Below are positions 17,950 through 27,201 of a stretch of DNA of 64,000 nt, piece by piece. The position numbers and the translations under genes were made by a program. Positions within the stretch are counted from its first letter, which is position 1, and each line of letters begins with the position of its first letter. A model generated the notes under the pieces. It did no database searches. It saw only the letters and a program-made list of their open reading frames with translations, and had not been told where the DNA came from. The DNA lies in the IMG/VR virus record IMGVR_UViG_3300032770_000003, positions 96,001 to 160,000 of that record; one strand, 5' to 3'. This DNA comes from a virus.

Positions 17950-20900
17950 GTAGCCCTTACCGCCAGTGCCGGCGGAACACCATGGTAGTGCTCAGGCGAG
18001 CTGTGCTCAGCCTGGGTATCGAACTCCGTCTCGGCGGGCGTCTCTGCTGGCGCTGCTGATGCCTCAGGCGCTGACTCGGCCTCACCAGTGTTCACCCAGC
18101 GTTTGGTTTGGTAGGTGCCGCCGTCTTGCCGATGCGCCGTCACCTCCTGCAGCTGCAGCGCCTTCATCATCGACGGGTCGGTGGGAATCTCGGCGTAGTC
18201 ATGCACGGGCACGGAGTGGATCCACTGGCTGAACTCCGTCTCATCCGCCGTCCGATCCGTCAGGTCGATACACACGTACGGCACCGGAATCGTCGCCTCT
18301 GGCAGCGCTGCGGACGCACTCCCGATCAAGCCCTTCGCTTTGGCGTTGGCCTGCAACACCTGCATGACCACAGGGTCAATCAGCACTTCCTGTACGAGCT
18401 GCAAAATGCGTAGCGGGTCCGGTTCCTGGCTGAAGTCATGGCCCCATTCGAGCGCCACCGTCAGCAGTGCCTGATTCACTGCCTGTTCCCAGGACGCGTG
18501 GTAGTAGGCCACCAGGCGCTCCACCTCACGCGCGAAGGTGTGGGTCGCGTGGTAGGTCTGCAGTCCGAGCAGCGACACGCCTTGCATGTCGAGGACACGA
18601 GACAGGTAGTGCGGTCCCATCATCCGCCGCACGTTGGGATCGACCTTGTCGCGACCTTGCGAGGGCACCGAGAAGAGGGGCATTCCCGCGGGCGTGGTGG
18701 TCTTCATCACCACGAACGCAGACAGCATCTTGTTGTCGACGTACACCTTGCGTGACCCCAACGTGACCAGAGATCCGTCGAGGATCACCGAATCAGACGT
18801 GAGCGCCGCCAGCTCGATCGCCCGCATCTTGCCCTGGTCCAACAGAGCCAAGGCAACCGCGGTCATCTGATCTTTCAGCTTGTCCGAGTCGTTGAAGAGC
18901 CCGCTGTAGTACTCCCGCAGACCCGGCAGCCGCGCATCGACGATCGTGTTCTGTTGATTGATGGCCAGCTTGGGGATCGCTCTGATGTCTGAGTGGACAT
19001 AGGTGAACCTGAACTCACCCGTGTTCGGATCACGCCAACGACCAACCCACAGGTTTTTGGGGTCGTAGCGGTTGTACTTGGCGTTCCACTCGATCTGTTC
19101 CGGATCCGCCTCCGGACAGCGGGTGATCTTCCGCCCATCCGGTGTGAAGTATTCAGGGTTCTTGTCGAAGCTGGGCTCAGAGGGATGGAGCTTGGGGTCA
19201 CCGTAGAAGTCAGCTCGATCAGGATCGCCTGACGGCGCGTTGGTGTAGCGAAGCAGATTCCCGTTCTGATCACGATAGAAGTAGCGCGGGTCATCGTCCC
19301 CGCCCTCCTTGTGATCGTAGGAGTGAGTCGGATCGACGTCCTTGTCCCGCGTGAGGATATCGAGGGCTTTGTGCAGGAGCGCCTGCTGCTCCATCAGCAT
19401 GATGACGTAGTTCACGTCGATGGACTTGGTGATGCCCAAGTCGCGGCCCATCCCCGCGTTGTTGAGCACCTCCATCAGCTTCTCGATCTTCTCGGGCTTC
19501 TGACCCTCGGGGGCCGTGCGGATGGCTCGCATGGCGGCCTTCGCCTGAGCGATGATCGGTGCCTTCTCCGGCTTCGTCTGCTCCCACTGCATGAGCGCTT
19601 GAGTCAGGCGAGGCAACACGACCTTGGGGTCGTACATCTGCTTGCGCGCGGCTGTGACCTCAGGATCTGCTAGATGCTCCGACTCTTCCGCTTCCTCCTC
19701 TGTTGCGCTCCGCCGGGCGGCTGCTCCGCCTGCATCGTCTGGTCTGTCTCTCTTGAGCCGCGTCTCTTCATCAGTGGCTGAGCGCTGAGCGTCGGCAAAG
19801 TAGTGGTTGATCTTGCCGTTCTTTCCCGCCAACCAACCAGTGAAGTCCACCTCCCCTTTGGGGTTGTAGAGATCGATCGCGGACTCGATAGCTCGATACC
19901 CGACCGAGTCGGGCAGGAGGTAGACCTGATCCGGCTTCTCCTTGCCCTCCGGGAGATCCTGGCCAATCCACTCGCCCATCACCTCGCGCTTGTTGCCAGC
20001 GAAAAAAGGGCTGTTGGTGTAGCGGTTGGCTGCATCGATCAGCTTGCCCCAGTACTGCTTGGCCGCATGCTGGATGATGTTGTTCTTCTCTTGGGGACTG
20101 ACGTCCAGCTCGCGCTTGCGCGTCTGTGGATCGTAGGTCCACTTGATCGACGGGTGCCGCATCACCTCGTCCATCGAGGGAAGGGCGCGCATGTCGAGCG
20201 GTGGCTTCTCCGGCTCCTTCTCCGCGGCCGTCTCTGGCGCTGCTTCCTCGGTCTTGAGTGCGGGATGCTGTTTCGAAAACTTGCCCTTGGTCGGCGTCCG
20301 CCCCAGCGCCTCCTCAATCGCACCGTACTCGTCATCGAGCTGACTGAGTGCCCGCTGCAGCGAACCCGCGTGCCCCTCACGTCCGGGCTTGCGCAGCTCG
20401 ATCGGGAACGATGGATGGTAGACCAACTTGTACTGGCGGTCAGGGTCGGTCGACCACTCGATCTTGTTCTCTTCCTTGTTCACCTTCCCGATCACGGGAA
20501 TCACGTTGAACCAAGGCCGCCCCTCCGGATCATTCACAGTCTGCGTGTTCGAGGTCTGCAGAAACCAGTGCTCATAGGAGGCGTAGCTCTTGAAGACCTT
20601 CTCCTGCGCAGACTCACCCTCCTTGCTGAAGAGGGGATCCGGTGCGCGATCTGATCGCTTCAGGCTGAGATAACCATTCCGCTTCACCGTCAAGGTCAGA
20701 TCAGCCTTCAGCGCTGAGTGCTTGACGGGAACCTGCTTACCGGGTTCTGACAGAGCTTCCTGCAGCGCTGCCCGGTAGGCTTTCTCTGGCGCGACGTCGA
20801 GCAACGCCTGCTTGACTTCGAAGCTGTGCGACTTTGGTACGACCTGGAAAGTCTGCCGCTGGTGCTCCTCGCCCGTTCGCGGATTGACATAGGTGTGCGC

Positions 20901-21086
20901 GGTGGGCTGTTCGGAGATCTCTGGGACCTGCCCAAACCCTTGGGCGCCACCCGGTTCACTGGCGTATTCGTACGTCCAGTGGTCCCCCTGCCATTCACGA
21001 CGGATGTACTTGTGGCCCGGCCGCTCTGTCGCGCCCTCTGGCGCGGGGCCCTTGAACAGATCGAGCTTCAATCCGTCGATGATCAT
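17946..21086 (-). CDS. large multidomain protein with a degenerate topoisomerase-IB-like domain and a possible sigma region-2-like segment
   Basis: ALALLDQGKMR...LGLQTYHAT...WGH...LIDP; YRAIESAIDLYNPKGEVDF. Confidence 0.55.
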   Translation of the reverse strand: MIIDGLKLDLFKGPAPEGATERPGHKYIRREWQGDHWTYEYASEPGGAQGFGQVPEISEQPTAHTYVNPRTGEEHQRQTFQVVPKSHSFEVKQALLDVAPEKAYRAALQEALSEPGKQVPVKHSALKADLTLTVKRNGYLSLKRSDRAPDPLFSKEGESAQEKVFKSYASYEHWFLQTSNTQTVNDPEGRPWFNVIPVIGKVNKEENKIEWSTDPDRQYKLVYHPSFPIELRKPGREGHAGSLQRALSQLDDEYGAIEEALGRTPTKGKFSKQHPALKTEEAAPETAAEKEPEKPPLDMRALPSMDEVMRHPSIKWTYDPQTRKRELDVSPQEKNNIIQHAAKQYWGKLIDAANRYTNSPFFAGNKREVMGEWIGQDLPEGKEKPDQVYLLPDSVGYRAIESAIDLYNPKGEVDFTGWLAGKNGKINHYFADAQRSATDEETRLKRDRPDDAGGAAARRSATEEEAEESEHLADPEVTAARKQMYDPKVVLPRLTQALMQWEQTKPEKAPIIAQAKAAMRAIRTAPEGQKPEKIEKLMEVLNNAGMGRDLGITKSIDVNYVIMLMEQQALLHKALDILTRDKDVDPTHSYDHKEGGDDDPRYFYRDQNGNLLRYTNAPSGDPDRADFYGDPKLHPSEPSFDKNPEYFTPDGRKITRCPEADPEQIEWNAKYNRYDPKNLWVGRWRDPNTGEFRFTYVHSDIRAIPKLAINQQNTIVDARLPGLREYYSGLFNDSDKLKDQMTAVALALLDQGKMRAIELAALTSDSVILDGSLVTLGSRKVYVDNKMLSAFVVMKTTTPAGMPLFSVPSQGRDKVDPNVRRMMGPHYLSRVLDMQGVSLLGLQTYHATHTFAREVERLVAYYHASWEQAVNQALLTVALEWGHDFSQEPDPLRILQLVQEVLIDPVVMQVLQANAKAKGLIGSASAALPEATIPVPYVCIDLTDRTADETEFSQWIHSVPVHDYAEIPTDPSMMKALQLQEVTAHRQDGGTYQTKRWVNTGEAESAPEASAAPAETPAETEFDTQAEHSSPEHYHGVPPALAVRAT

Positions 21087-21129
21087 CTCAAGCCGAGAGT
21101 ACTGTCTTCCCGTGCCAATTGGTAGCGGG

Positions 21130-23067
21130 TCAGCCCGCCTTCGGTGGACTCTGTAAGAAGCTTTGCTCGAACCAGCTCATCAAGGGCGTGTCTTGGAATC
21201 CCGCTGCTGGTGAGCTGCCGCCTTGTGGCTGGCCGCCGGCCGTGATCGGTGCAGTCCTGGATCCGAGAGAGTAATCCGTGGAGCCAAGGGGTTGCTTGAC
21301 CGGCAAGCTTGGCGATGGCATCAAGCTGGGCTCGACGGGCGCGACGCCCAACAGATCCTGTTGATCGAGCAAGAAGCCGATGATCTCCTGGCGTGCCTGC
21401 TCTGGCTTGAGCCCCTCGAACGCGCATGCTTCCCCCCAGATCTTCGATGCAATCTCCATCAGCTGGGGATCGGGAACAGATCCGATCCGCCCCAAGAGTT
21501 GCTGGACTCCGTAGAGTGTTTCAACGTCGATCGGCGGTGGTCCCAACGGCATGCCGGTCATGGGGTTGAGGCCCATCATCGGTGCCATCGGATTCATCAT
21601 CGGTGCCGGTACTTCACTGCCCGGTACCGTCGGACCAATGTCGTTCGGCAGCAGCGCCTTTCCAACGTAGCGGCGCTTGCCACCACTGGTCTCTATGTAC
21701 TGTCCACCACGCGGTCCAAACTGTGGTGAGCCACCAAAGGAGTAGCCGTACTCACCGTAAGGAAGCTTCACATTCTCTCCCTCTTCTTTGCCCGGGATCC
21801 CAATATCCCACTCTTTCGGAGTCCTGAGCTTCGGTGCGCGGTAGTTGAATCCATACTTGGCAGCCAACGCTTGATGGACCCTGTGAGCAGCTTCGGAATG
21901 TGCATCACCCTGCACACCACGAACACCGGCGACGTTGTAGGCGTGCGAAAACAGTGCCTCATACATCAGCTTCCCCAACCCCTTCCCGCGATGAGCCTCA
22001 TCCAAGCCTGAGTGCGTTTCCACAGTAGAACCGCCTTCGTCGAACACACCCTGCGTATGGTGCACCGGACCACCGACTGTGCCCACGAGGTTTTGCCCAT
22101 GCCGCAGCTGGGCCTCCATCATCTCATTGTTGATGTTTCCTGTTTTCTCACCACGAAGACCAGTGTGGTTGACGGACAGTGTGTAGCCTTGCTGCTGAAG
22201 ATTCTCCGGCAGCATGTGCGAGTAGTCGAGGTCCTGTTCCCACTTGCCACCGGCGGTTTGCTCCTGCTTTCTTGGCGAACCAATAGGGTTCTGAGCCAAG
22301 GCAGCAGCTTTCTCGATCTCGCGGTAGAAGATGACCCCTCTACCAGACCCCACGTAGTGGTCGTCGTCATTCTCGTCGATGGGCTCAGCGTCGTCAGTAG
22401 CCGATGACTCTAGTCTTGCCGCCATCCGCTCCCGTGCGCCTGGTTTACGTTCTTCAAGCCGATCAACCATTCGGTCAAGGTCCAACGCCTTCTTCGCCTT
22501 GTCGGCGAGCATGCGCTTGAACTCGTCGAGACTCATCTCCTTCATGTCCCCGAAATAGCGCTTGTCGCTGTAGTTCTCCAGGAACGTCGCCTTGGCCTCT
22601 CGAACTGAGACGAAGCCGAGCATGACCTTCTGTTCATCCAGGCGACTGAAGCCGGGTCGCTTCATCTGATCGATGATGAACACCTTGTCGCTGTCATCGT
22701 TCGGGCCCAGAAAGACGTCGATCTCCTCTCCGTCGAGACCCTCTGTCCGGCGGATGTAGCCGTAGGGAACAGACATCTTGGTCTGCCCTGTCTGCTTGGT
22801 CACCGGATCTTGCCAGCTCAGCATCTGACCAGCGTTGGCTTCGATCGAAATCGGAATCCCCTGAAACACCACACGCCGGACGATCTTCCGCTGCAATGCC
22901 TTCTTCCACACAACAGCCTTCGCTGGCGTGGGCGTGAAGACGTCGAAGTGACGAGCCATCTCTAGTTCGTCGGCTGAATGATCATGCTGATCAGTCAGCG
23001 ACTTGGTCAGGCAGCTTCCGCCTCCGCTCGCGCAGTTCGCACAGCAGGATTTCTTCACGTCTGTCAC
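21130..23067 (-). CDS. inorganic-pyrophosphatase-like domain fused to a GNAT acetyltransferase
   Basis: PYGYIRRTEGLDGEEIDVFLG...DEQKVMLGF; HRGKGLGKLMYEAL. Confidence 0.7.
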   Translation of the reverse strand: MTDVKKSCCANCASGGGSCLTKSLTDQHDHSADELEMARHFDVFTPTPAKAVVWKKALQRKIVRRVVFQGIPISIEANAGQMLSWQDPVTKQTGQTKMSVPYGYIRRTEGLDGEEIDVFLGPNDDSDKVFIIDQMKRPGFSRLDEQKVMLGFVSVREAKATFLENYSDKRYFGDMKEMSLDEFKRMLADKAKKALDLDRMVDRLEERKPGARERMAARLESSATDDAEPIDENDDDHYVGSGRGVIFYREIEKAAALAQNPIGSPRKQEQTAGGKWEQDLDYSHMLPENLQQQGYTLSVNHTGLRGEKTGNINNEMMEAQLRHGQNLVGTVGGPVHHTQGVFDEGGSTVETHSGLDEAHRGKGLGKLMYEALFSHAYNVAGVRGVQGDAHSEAAHRVHQALAAKYGFNYRAPKLRTPKEWDIGIPGKEEGENVKLPYGEYGYSFGGSPQFGPRGGQYIETSGGKRRYVGKALLPNDIGPTVPGSEVPAPMMNPMAPMMGLNPMTGMPLGPPPIDVETLYGVQQLLGRIGSVPDPQLMEIASKIWGEACAFEGLKPEQARQEIIGFLLDQQDLLGVAPVEPSLMPSPSLPVKQPLGSTDYSLGSRTAPITAGGQPQGGSSPAAGFQDTPLMSWFEQSFLQSPPKAG

Positions 23068-23210
23068 GCCGCCTTCGGACCGTCGCCGTCCCCTTCATCG
23101 TCATCGTCGTCAGGGTCAAACCAGAAGGGGTCGGGGCGGTACATGGCACCAGGCTCCGCGGTGCCATCATCGCCTTCGAGCGGGAGTTGTTCGTCATCAG
23201 GAGGAGCCAT
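23064..23210 (-). CDS. small acidic peptide (48 aa)
   Basis: Read manually: MAPPDDEQLPLEGDDG...DDDDDEGDGDGPKAA; GTGA overlap with the next gene. Confidence 0.5.
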   Translation of the reverse strand: MAPPDDEQLPLEGDDGTAEPGAMYRPDPFWFDPDDDDDEGDGDGPKAA

Positions 23211-23213
23211 ATG

Positions 23214-23474
23214 TCAGAAGCCTTTCTTAGGAGGAGGCGTCGGCAACAGATGTCTGTGGTCGTACTCATTCAACCTGTGGTCGCACTCGTTCAGCTTGGC
23301 GTCCATCTCGTACACGTGTTCAGTCAGACCAGCCATTTTGTTCGCGAGATCGTGTACGCGTTTGCGCAGCATATTGAGTTCTCGTGCCGTGTTTCGCGAC
23401 TGCCAGAGCATGCCACCGAATGTCGAAGCTACCGCCAAAGCACTAATAATCAGCGTGATGTCGAGATTAACCAT
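23214..23474 (-). CDS. small membrane-anchored coiled-coil protein
   Basis: N-terminal hydrophobic helix followed by a heptad pattern. Confidence 0.55.
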   Translation of the reverse strand: MVNLDITLIISALAVASTFGGMLWQSRNTARELNMLRKRVHDLANKMAGLTEHVYEMDAKLNECDHRLNEYDHRHLLPTPPPKKGF

Positions 23475-23531
23475 CGGGTTAAGAGTAGCGTCACCCGACC
23501 TGACCTTTGCAAAGATTTCTTGCAGTGCTGC

Positions 23532-25856
23532 TTACAGATACGTCGATAACCAACTTTGTAGGGCCTTGTAGGCAGTTGGCTCGATCGGCGTCTGCTGACT
23601 CCCTGCATTCGTCGGCGGTGCCGCTGGTCCTACCATCCTGGTAGGACGGGGCATACCCATCGGCGCCTGGACTGTGCTGGAGCCCGCACTCGGCTGTACC
23701 TGGTACATGCCCGGGATTGGCCCTTGTCGCTGGGTAGTCGGCATTGGGTTACCAACCTGTGGCTTTCCTTGATCAGGATTGAGAAGACCCTGCAAACTCG
23801 CGAATGGATCTCTCGGTGTAGACCCAGATGGTGAGCCGCCTGGAGGTCCCGCCGGTCCCCCTGGTCCCATGCCCTGGGTCCCCATGGGGGGCTGTCCCTG
23901 GGGCGTGCCCATCGGCGGTTGGCCCGGGTTCGAGGACGGTGGCTGAGCCGCGGGCGGGGGCATCTGCGGCTTGGGCATCTGCATGCTCGGCAGCCCGGGT
24001 GCCTGCCCGGACGGGGCTCCGGCACCTGGTTGACCACCAGCCTGCGGCATGGCCGGACGCATCATGTTCGGTGCCCCTGGCTGGGGGCCGCCCATGGGCC
24101 CGCCACCGCCTGGAGGTGTCATTCCTCCCCCCGGAGGTCCGCCGCTGTTCGGAGGCGGCCCGCCACCCATGGGTGGAACGCCACCGCCCATTCCAGGAGG
24201 TCGGGACGGAGGAGTCATACCGCCGCCCCCCGGCGGCTGCATTCCGCCCATGCCCTGTCCGCCACCCATCCCAGGTGCACCACCCATAGGAGGCGGTGTA
24301 GGGGGGCGTGGGGGCGCAGGGGGCTGCATCCCACCCGGACTCATCATCGATTGGCCCCCGGGCGGCGGCGAGGGAGGTGGAGCTGGTGGTTGGCCGCCCA
24401 TTCCCCCTCCACCCATCCCGCCTGGCATCTGTGGCGGCCTGACCTGCCCTGGAGGAGGTTGGCCAGCTCCCATCGCGCCCATCCCTGGCATCGCGCTCTG
24501 ACCCATCCCTGGCGGCATGGGAGGCGGCGCAGGCTTCGCGAGCGCGGGTCCGGGCGGCTGCCCCCCCATACCACCTCCGGGCGGCGCTCCCCCGAATTGC
24601 GGCCCGCCCGGAGGTGGCGAGGGAGAACCCATTCCCTGAGATCCGGGAGGCGGTCCCATCCCCGGCATGCCTGGACCCTGACCCGGTGTCGGGGGCGTCG
24701 CCCCGCCCATCCCGGGCGGCTTGGGCATCTGAGCCATGGGCATCCCAGCTCCCGCGCCCTGCGTGTTCGGCTGGGTCGCACCCGGACCTGGCATCATCGT
24801 GCGCCCACCCTGCGGCGTGCTCATCGGCGGTCCCTGCGGGGGCTGGAACTTCTGAGCGAAACGCTCCATGGGGCTCTGTGAGTCAGATCCCATCTGTTTG
24901 TGCGCCGCCGACGCTTGCAGGTGCTGGGAAGCTTCCTGGGGGCTGCCAGCGGCGCCTGCCAGCTTCTCGTGCTGAGCGGCTGCAGCTTCGTGATCCTGCT
25001 TGTCGAAATCCTTGTGAGCAGGGTGGAAAGGGTCGGCGTAGATCGGAATCCCAGAGGGAGCGAGTCCGATCGGGTTCCCCTGGTGAGGTATCTGCTGCGG
25101 CTGCGAGGCTCCCCGCATCCCCACACCAGGGATCTGGGGAGCGCCCTGACCCATGGGCGGCTGTTGATGCTGCTGCTGTTGCAGCGGAACATCCATCGTC
25201 CCGAGTGCCTTAGTAAACGACTTCAGGATGTCAATGGATTTGTTCGCAAAGTAGTTCGGATCTTTGCTTAGCTTCGAGTGGGCACCCTCAGCCATGCTGT
25301 GAGCTGCTGCTCTTCCGGCGGCGAGTTCCTTGCTCGCGTAGCTTTGCTTGGCATATTCCTGCGCGACTGGTTTATTGCCACCAGCATAAGCATTGGAACG
25401 TTCTGTCGCCGCCCGCTTGTTATGCATTTTGGCAGCGTCTTCATGATCTTCTTTCGTGAAATCAGCATGCTGTTGCTGGTGCGCTTTGATCTCTTGCTTC
25501 AGCTTGTCGGTAGCGTCCGTGCCACCAGATTGGGCTGAACGTGCTGCTGACACAAAAGAGTCATTAGGACCGTAAACAGGCTTCCCCGATCGCGTGTGGC
25601 CGATGACGTTGCCACCCCGCGATCCCTCGCCGCCGCCCGCCTTGAGCACCAGCTCCGGATTCACTTCGGGCGCGAAGCGGTTGGGCTGGAAGGCAGACGG
25701 GTAGCCGTGGAAGGCACCTCTGCGCGTGATGGGAGTTCCCATGCGGAAGTGTTCTTCGGCACGCGCCTGGTGGGTCTGGGCCTTTTCGATGGGCTCAGCG
25801 AATTGCGGATCGGCCCAGTTCAGTGGTCGCTTGGAGCCAAAATCGAAGTTGCTCAT
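23532..25856 (-). CDS. Pro/Gly/Met/Gln-rich low-complexity protein, probable internal virion protein
   Basis: 774 aa; two HxDFxKxDHExAA repeats; GSRGG..IG.T.SGKP motif. Confidence 0.65.
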   Translation of the reverse strand: MSNFDFGSKRPLNWADPQFAEPIEKAQTHQARAEEHFRMGTPITRRGAFHGYPSAFQPNRFAPEVNPELVLKAGGGEGSRGGNVIGHTRSGKPVYGPNDSFVSAARSAQSGGTDATDKLKQEIKAHQQQHADFTKEDHEDAAKMHNKRAATERSNAYAGGNKPVAQEYAKQSYASKELAAGRAAAHSMAEGAHSKLSKDPNYFANKSIDILKSFTKALGTMDVPLQQQQHQQPPMGQGAPQIPGVGMRGASQPQQIPHQGNPIGLAPSGIPIYADPFHPAHKDFDKQDHEAAAAQHEKLAGAAGSPQEASQHLQASAAHKQMGSDSQSPMERFAQKFQPPQGPPMSTPQGGRTMMPGPGATQPNTQGAGAGMPMAQMPKPPGMGGATPPTPGQGPGMPGMGPPPGSQGMGSPSPPPGGPQFGGAPPGGGMGGQPPGPALAKPAPPPMPPGMGQSAMPGMGAMGAGQPPPGQVRPPQMPGGMGGGGMGGQPPAPPPSPPPGGQSMMSPGGMQPPAPPRPPTPPPMGGAPGMGGGQGMGGMQPPGGGGMTPPSRPPGMGGGVPPMGGGPPPNSGGPPGGGMTPPGGGGPMGGPQPGAPNMMRPAMPQAGGQPGAGAPSGQAPGLPSMQMPKPQMPPPAAQPPSSNPGQPPMGTPQGQPPMGTQGMGPGGPAGPPGGSPSGSTPRDPFASLQGLLNPDQGKPQVGNPMPTTQRQGPIPGMYQVQPSAGSSTVQAPMGMPRPTRMVGPAAPPTNAGSQQTPIEPTAYKALQSWLSTYL

Positions 25857-25859
25857 GGG

Positions 25860-26342
25860 TTATCCAATCCCGTTTCGGGTCACGTGGCGGCCCTCCACCG
25901 AGCTTCCGCCAAGACCCGCGTTCCAGTTCTCTTCCTCGCGGAGCTGAGCTTCCACCAGCTGCCGGACCTTGTCCTTCTCACTCGGTGAGAACTGAGTGAG
26001 GATCTCTGCTTGCTGTGGTTCCATGTTCCGGAACCGCTGCGGATACATCACCGTCAGCAGCGCCAGATGGATAGGCAGAAGCGCGTATGGCTGAGCACTG
26101 TTGTGGACAGCATCGATCACCATGTTCTTGGCCCACTCGTAATCGAGCGTTCCATCCGGGTTGCGCCGGATGGTAGCCATTGCATGCGTGCTCGGTCGGT
26201 CATCCATGCCCTTGTACTGGGGGACGAAGCGCTGATGCGGCTGCGCCGACTCCCAGCTCGGATTCACCTGCTGACCCGTCGCCTTGATCAGACGAGGGTC
26301 TTGGATCCACAGGGGCAGTCTCGATCCGTGATCTCCAGTCAT
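25860..26342 (-). CDS. hypothetical protein
   Basis: Start MTGDHG has an ATGA overlap with the upstream gene. Confidence 0.55.
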   Translation of the reverse strand: MTGDHGSRLPLWIQDPRLIKATGQQVNPSWESAQPHQRFVPQYKGMDDRPSTHAMATIRRNPDGTLDYEWAKNMVIDAVHNSAQPYALLPIHLALLTVMYPQRFRNMEPQQAEILTQFSPSEKDKVRQLVEAQLREEENWNAGLGGSSVEGRHVTRNGIG

Positions 26343-26554
26343 GGCTTCTTGATCTCGATGGTTGCGGGTGGGGGAGGAGGAGACGTGGGAGGGGTTGGAT
26401 TCCAAAGCGTCTCTGAGCGAGCGAGCGCTGCGAGCGCGTAGCCCAGCCCAGCGAAAGCGACACTGAAGGGAGCCAGTGACGGAATGTTGATCTGGCTGGC
26501 TGAGGTAAACACAGCTCCAGCGATCAGCAGAATGAGAGTCTGTGCCTTGTTCAT
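26339..26554 (-). CDS. small two-TM membrane protein (holin-like)
   Basis: Two hydrophobic segments and a basic tail; ATGA coupling. Confidence 0.45.
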   Translation of the reverse strand: MNKAQTLILLIAGAVFTSASQINIPSLAPFSVAFAGLGYALAALARSETLWNPTPPTSPPPPPATIEIKKP

Positions 26555-27192
26555 TGTTTTTTCAGCTCCTCTAGACCAGGTTTCGTGTTCATCAAGTCAG
26601 TCATCAAACCACTGAGATCGTGCTGACCTTCGCCAGACTTCGCTCTGCCAGCTCCGCCTGAGATGAACGTACCGATCGAGGGATCACGATGCGGGTTGGC
26701 CTTGTTTGTGTTGAGGTAGAGCTGATCGTGTCGCTCATCCGCTAGGTCAGCATCTGACCGCGGATAGTCGCGATTGGTGTGGTCGAACGTGCGGGCCCAC
26801 TTGACTGGATCGATGCCCTTGAGCACCAGTGCCGGCTCTTCCACGATCGCGAGGTAGAGATGCGGCGCCGACTTCTTCGCGTAGATGGGCTTGCCGCTAG
26901 AGGTATGCCCGGTGATGTGCCCACCCCGTGAGCCTTCACCACTCTCCTTACCTCCTCCCCCACTCGGTTTGGCAAACCGGCGAAGGCTCTCATCCCCGCC
27001 GCGCCACTTCGGGTTGGGACTGTCATCGGGCCACTCATCGTCATCGAGTTGGTAGTTGGGTTCGAAGCGTTGGTACTTGAACTTGTTGCCGTAGAGGTCG
27101 ACACCGCTGCCGCTGGTGAACCCCTCCTCTTCAGCGGATCCTTTTTTCGCCTTGAAGACTGAGACATCCGGAATGGCAAGATAAAGACGCAC
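26551..27192 (-). CDS. hypothetical protein with GSRGG..GHT.SGKPIY motif
   Basis: 213 aa; repeated LYLAI...K[A/G] motif. Confidence 0.6.
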   Translation of the reverse strand: MRLYLAIPDVSVFKAKKGSAEEEGFTSGSGVDLYGNKFKYQRFEPNYQLDDDEWPDDSPNPKWRGGDESLRRFAKPSGGGGKESGEGSRGGHITGHTSSGKPIYAKKSAPHLYLAIVEEPALVLKGIDPVKWARTFDHTNRDYPRSDADLADERHDQLYLNTNKANPHRDPSIGTFISGGAGRAKSGEGQHDLSGLMTDLMNTKPGLEELKKQ

Positions 27193-27201
27193 GGAAGCCC
27201 C

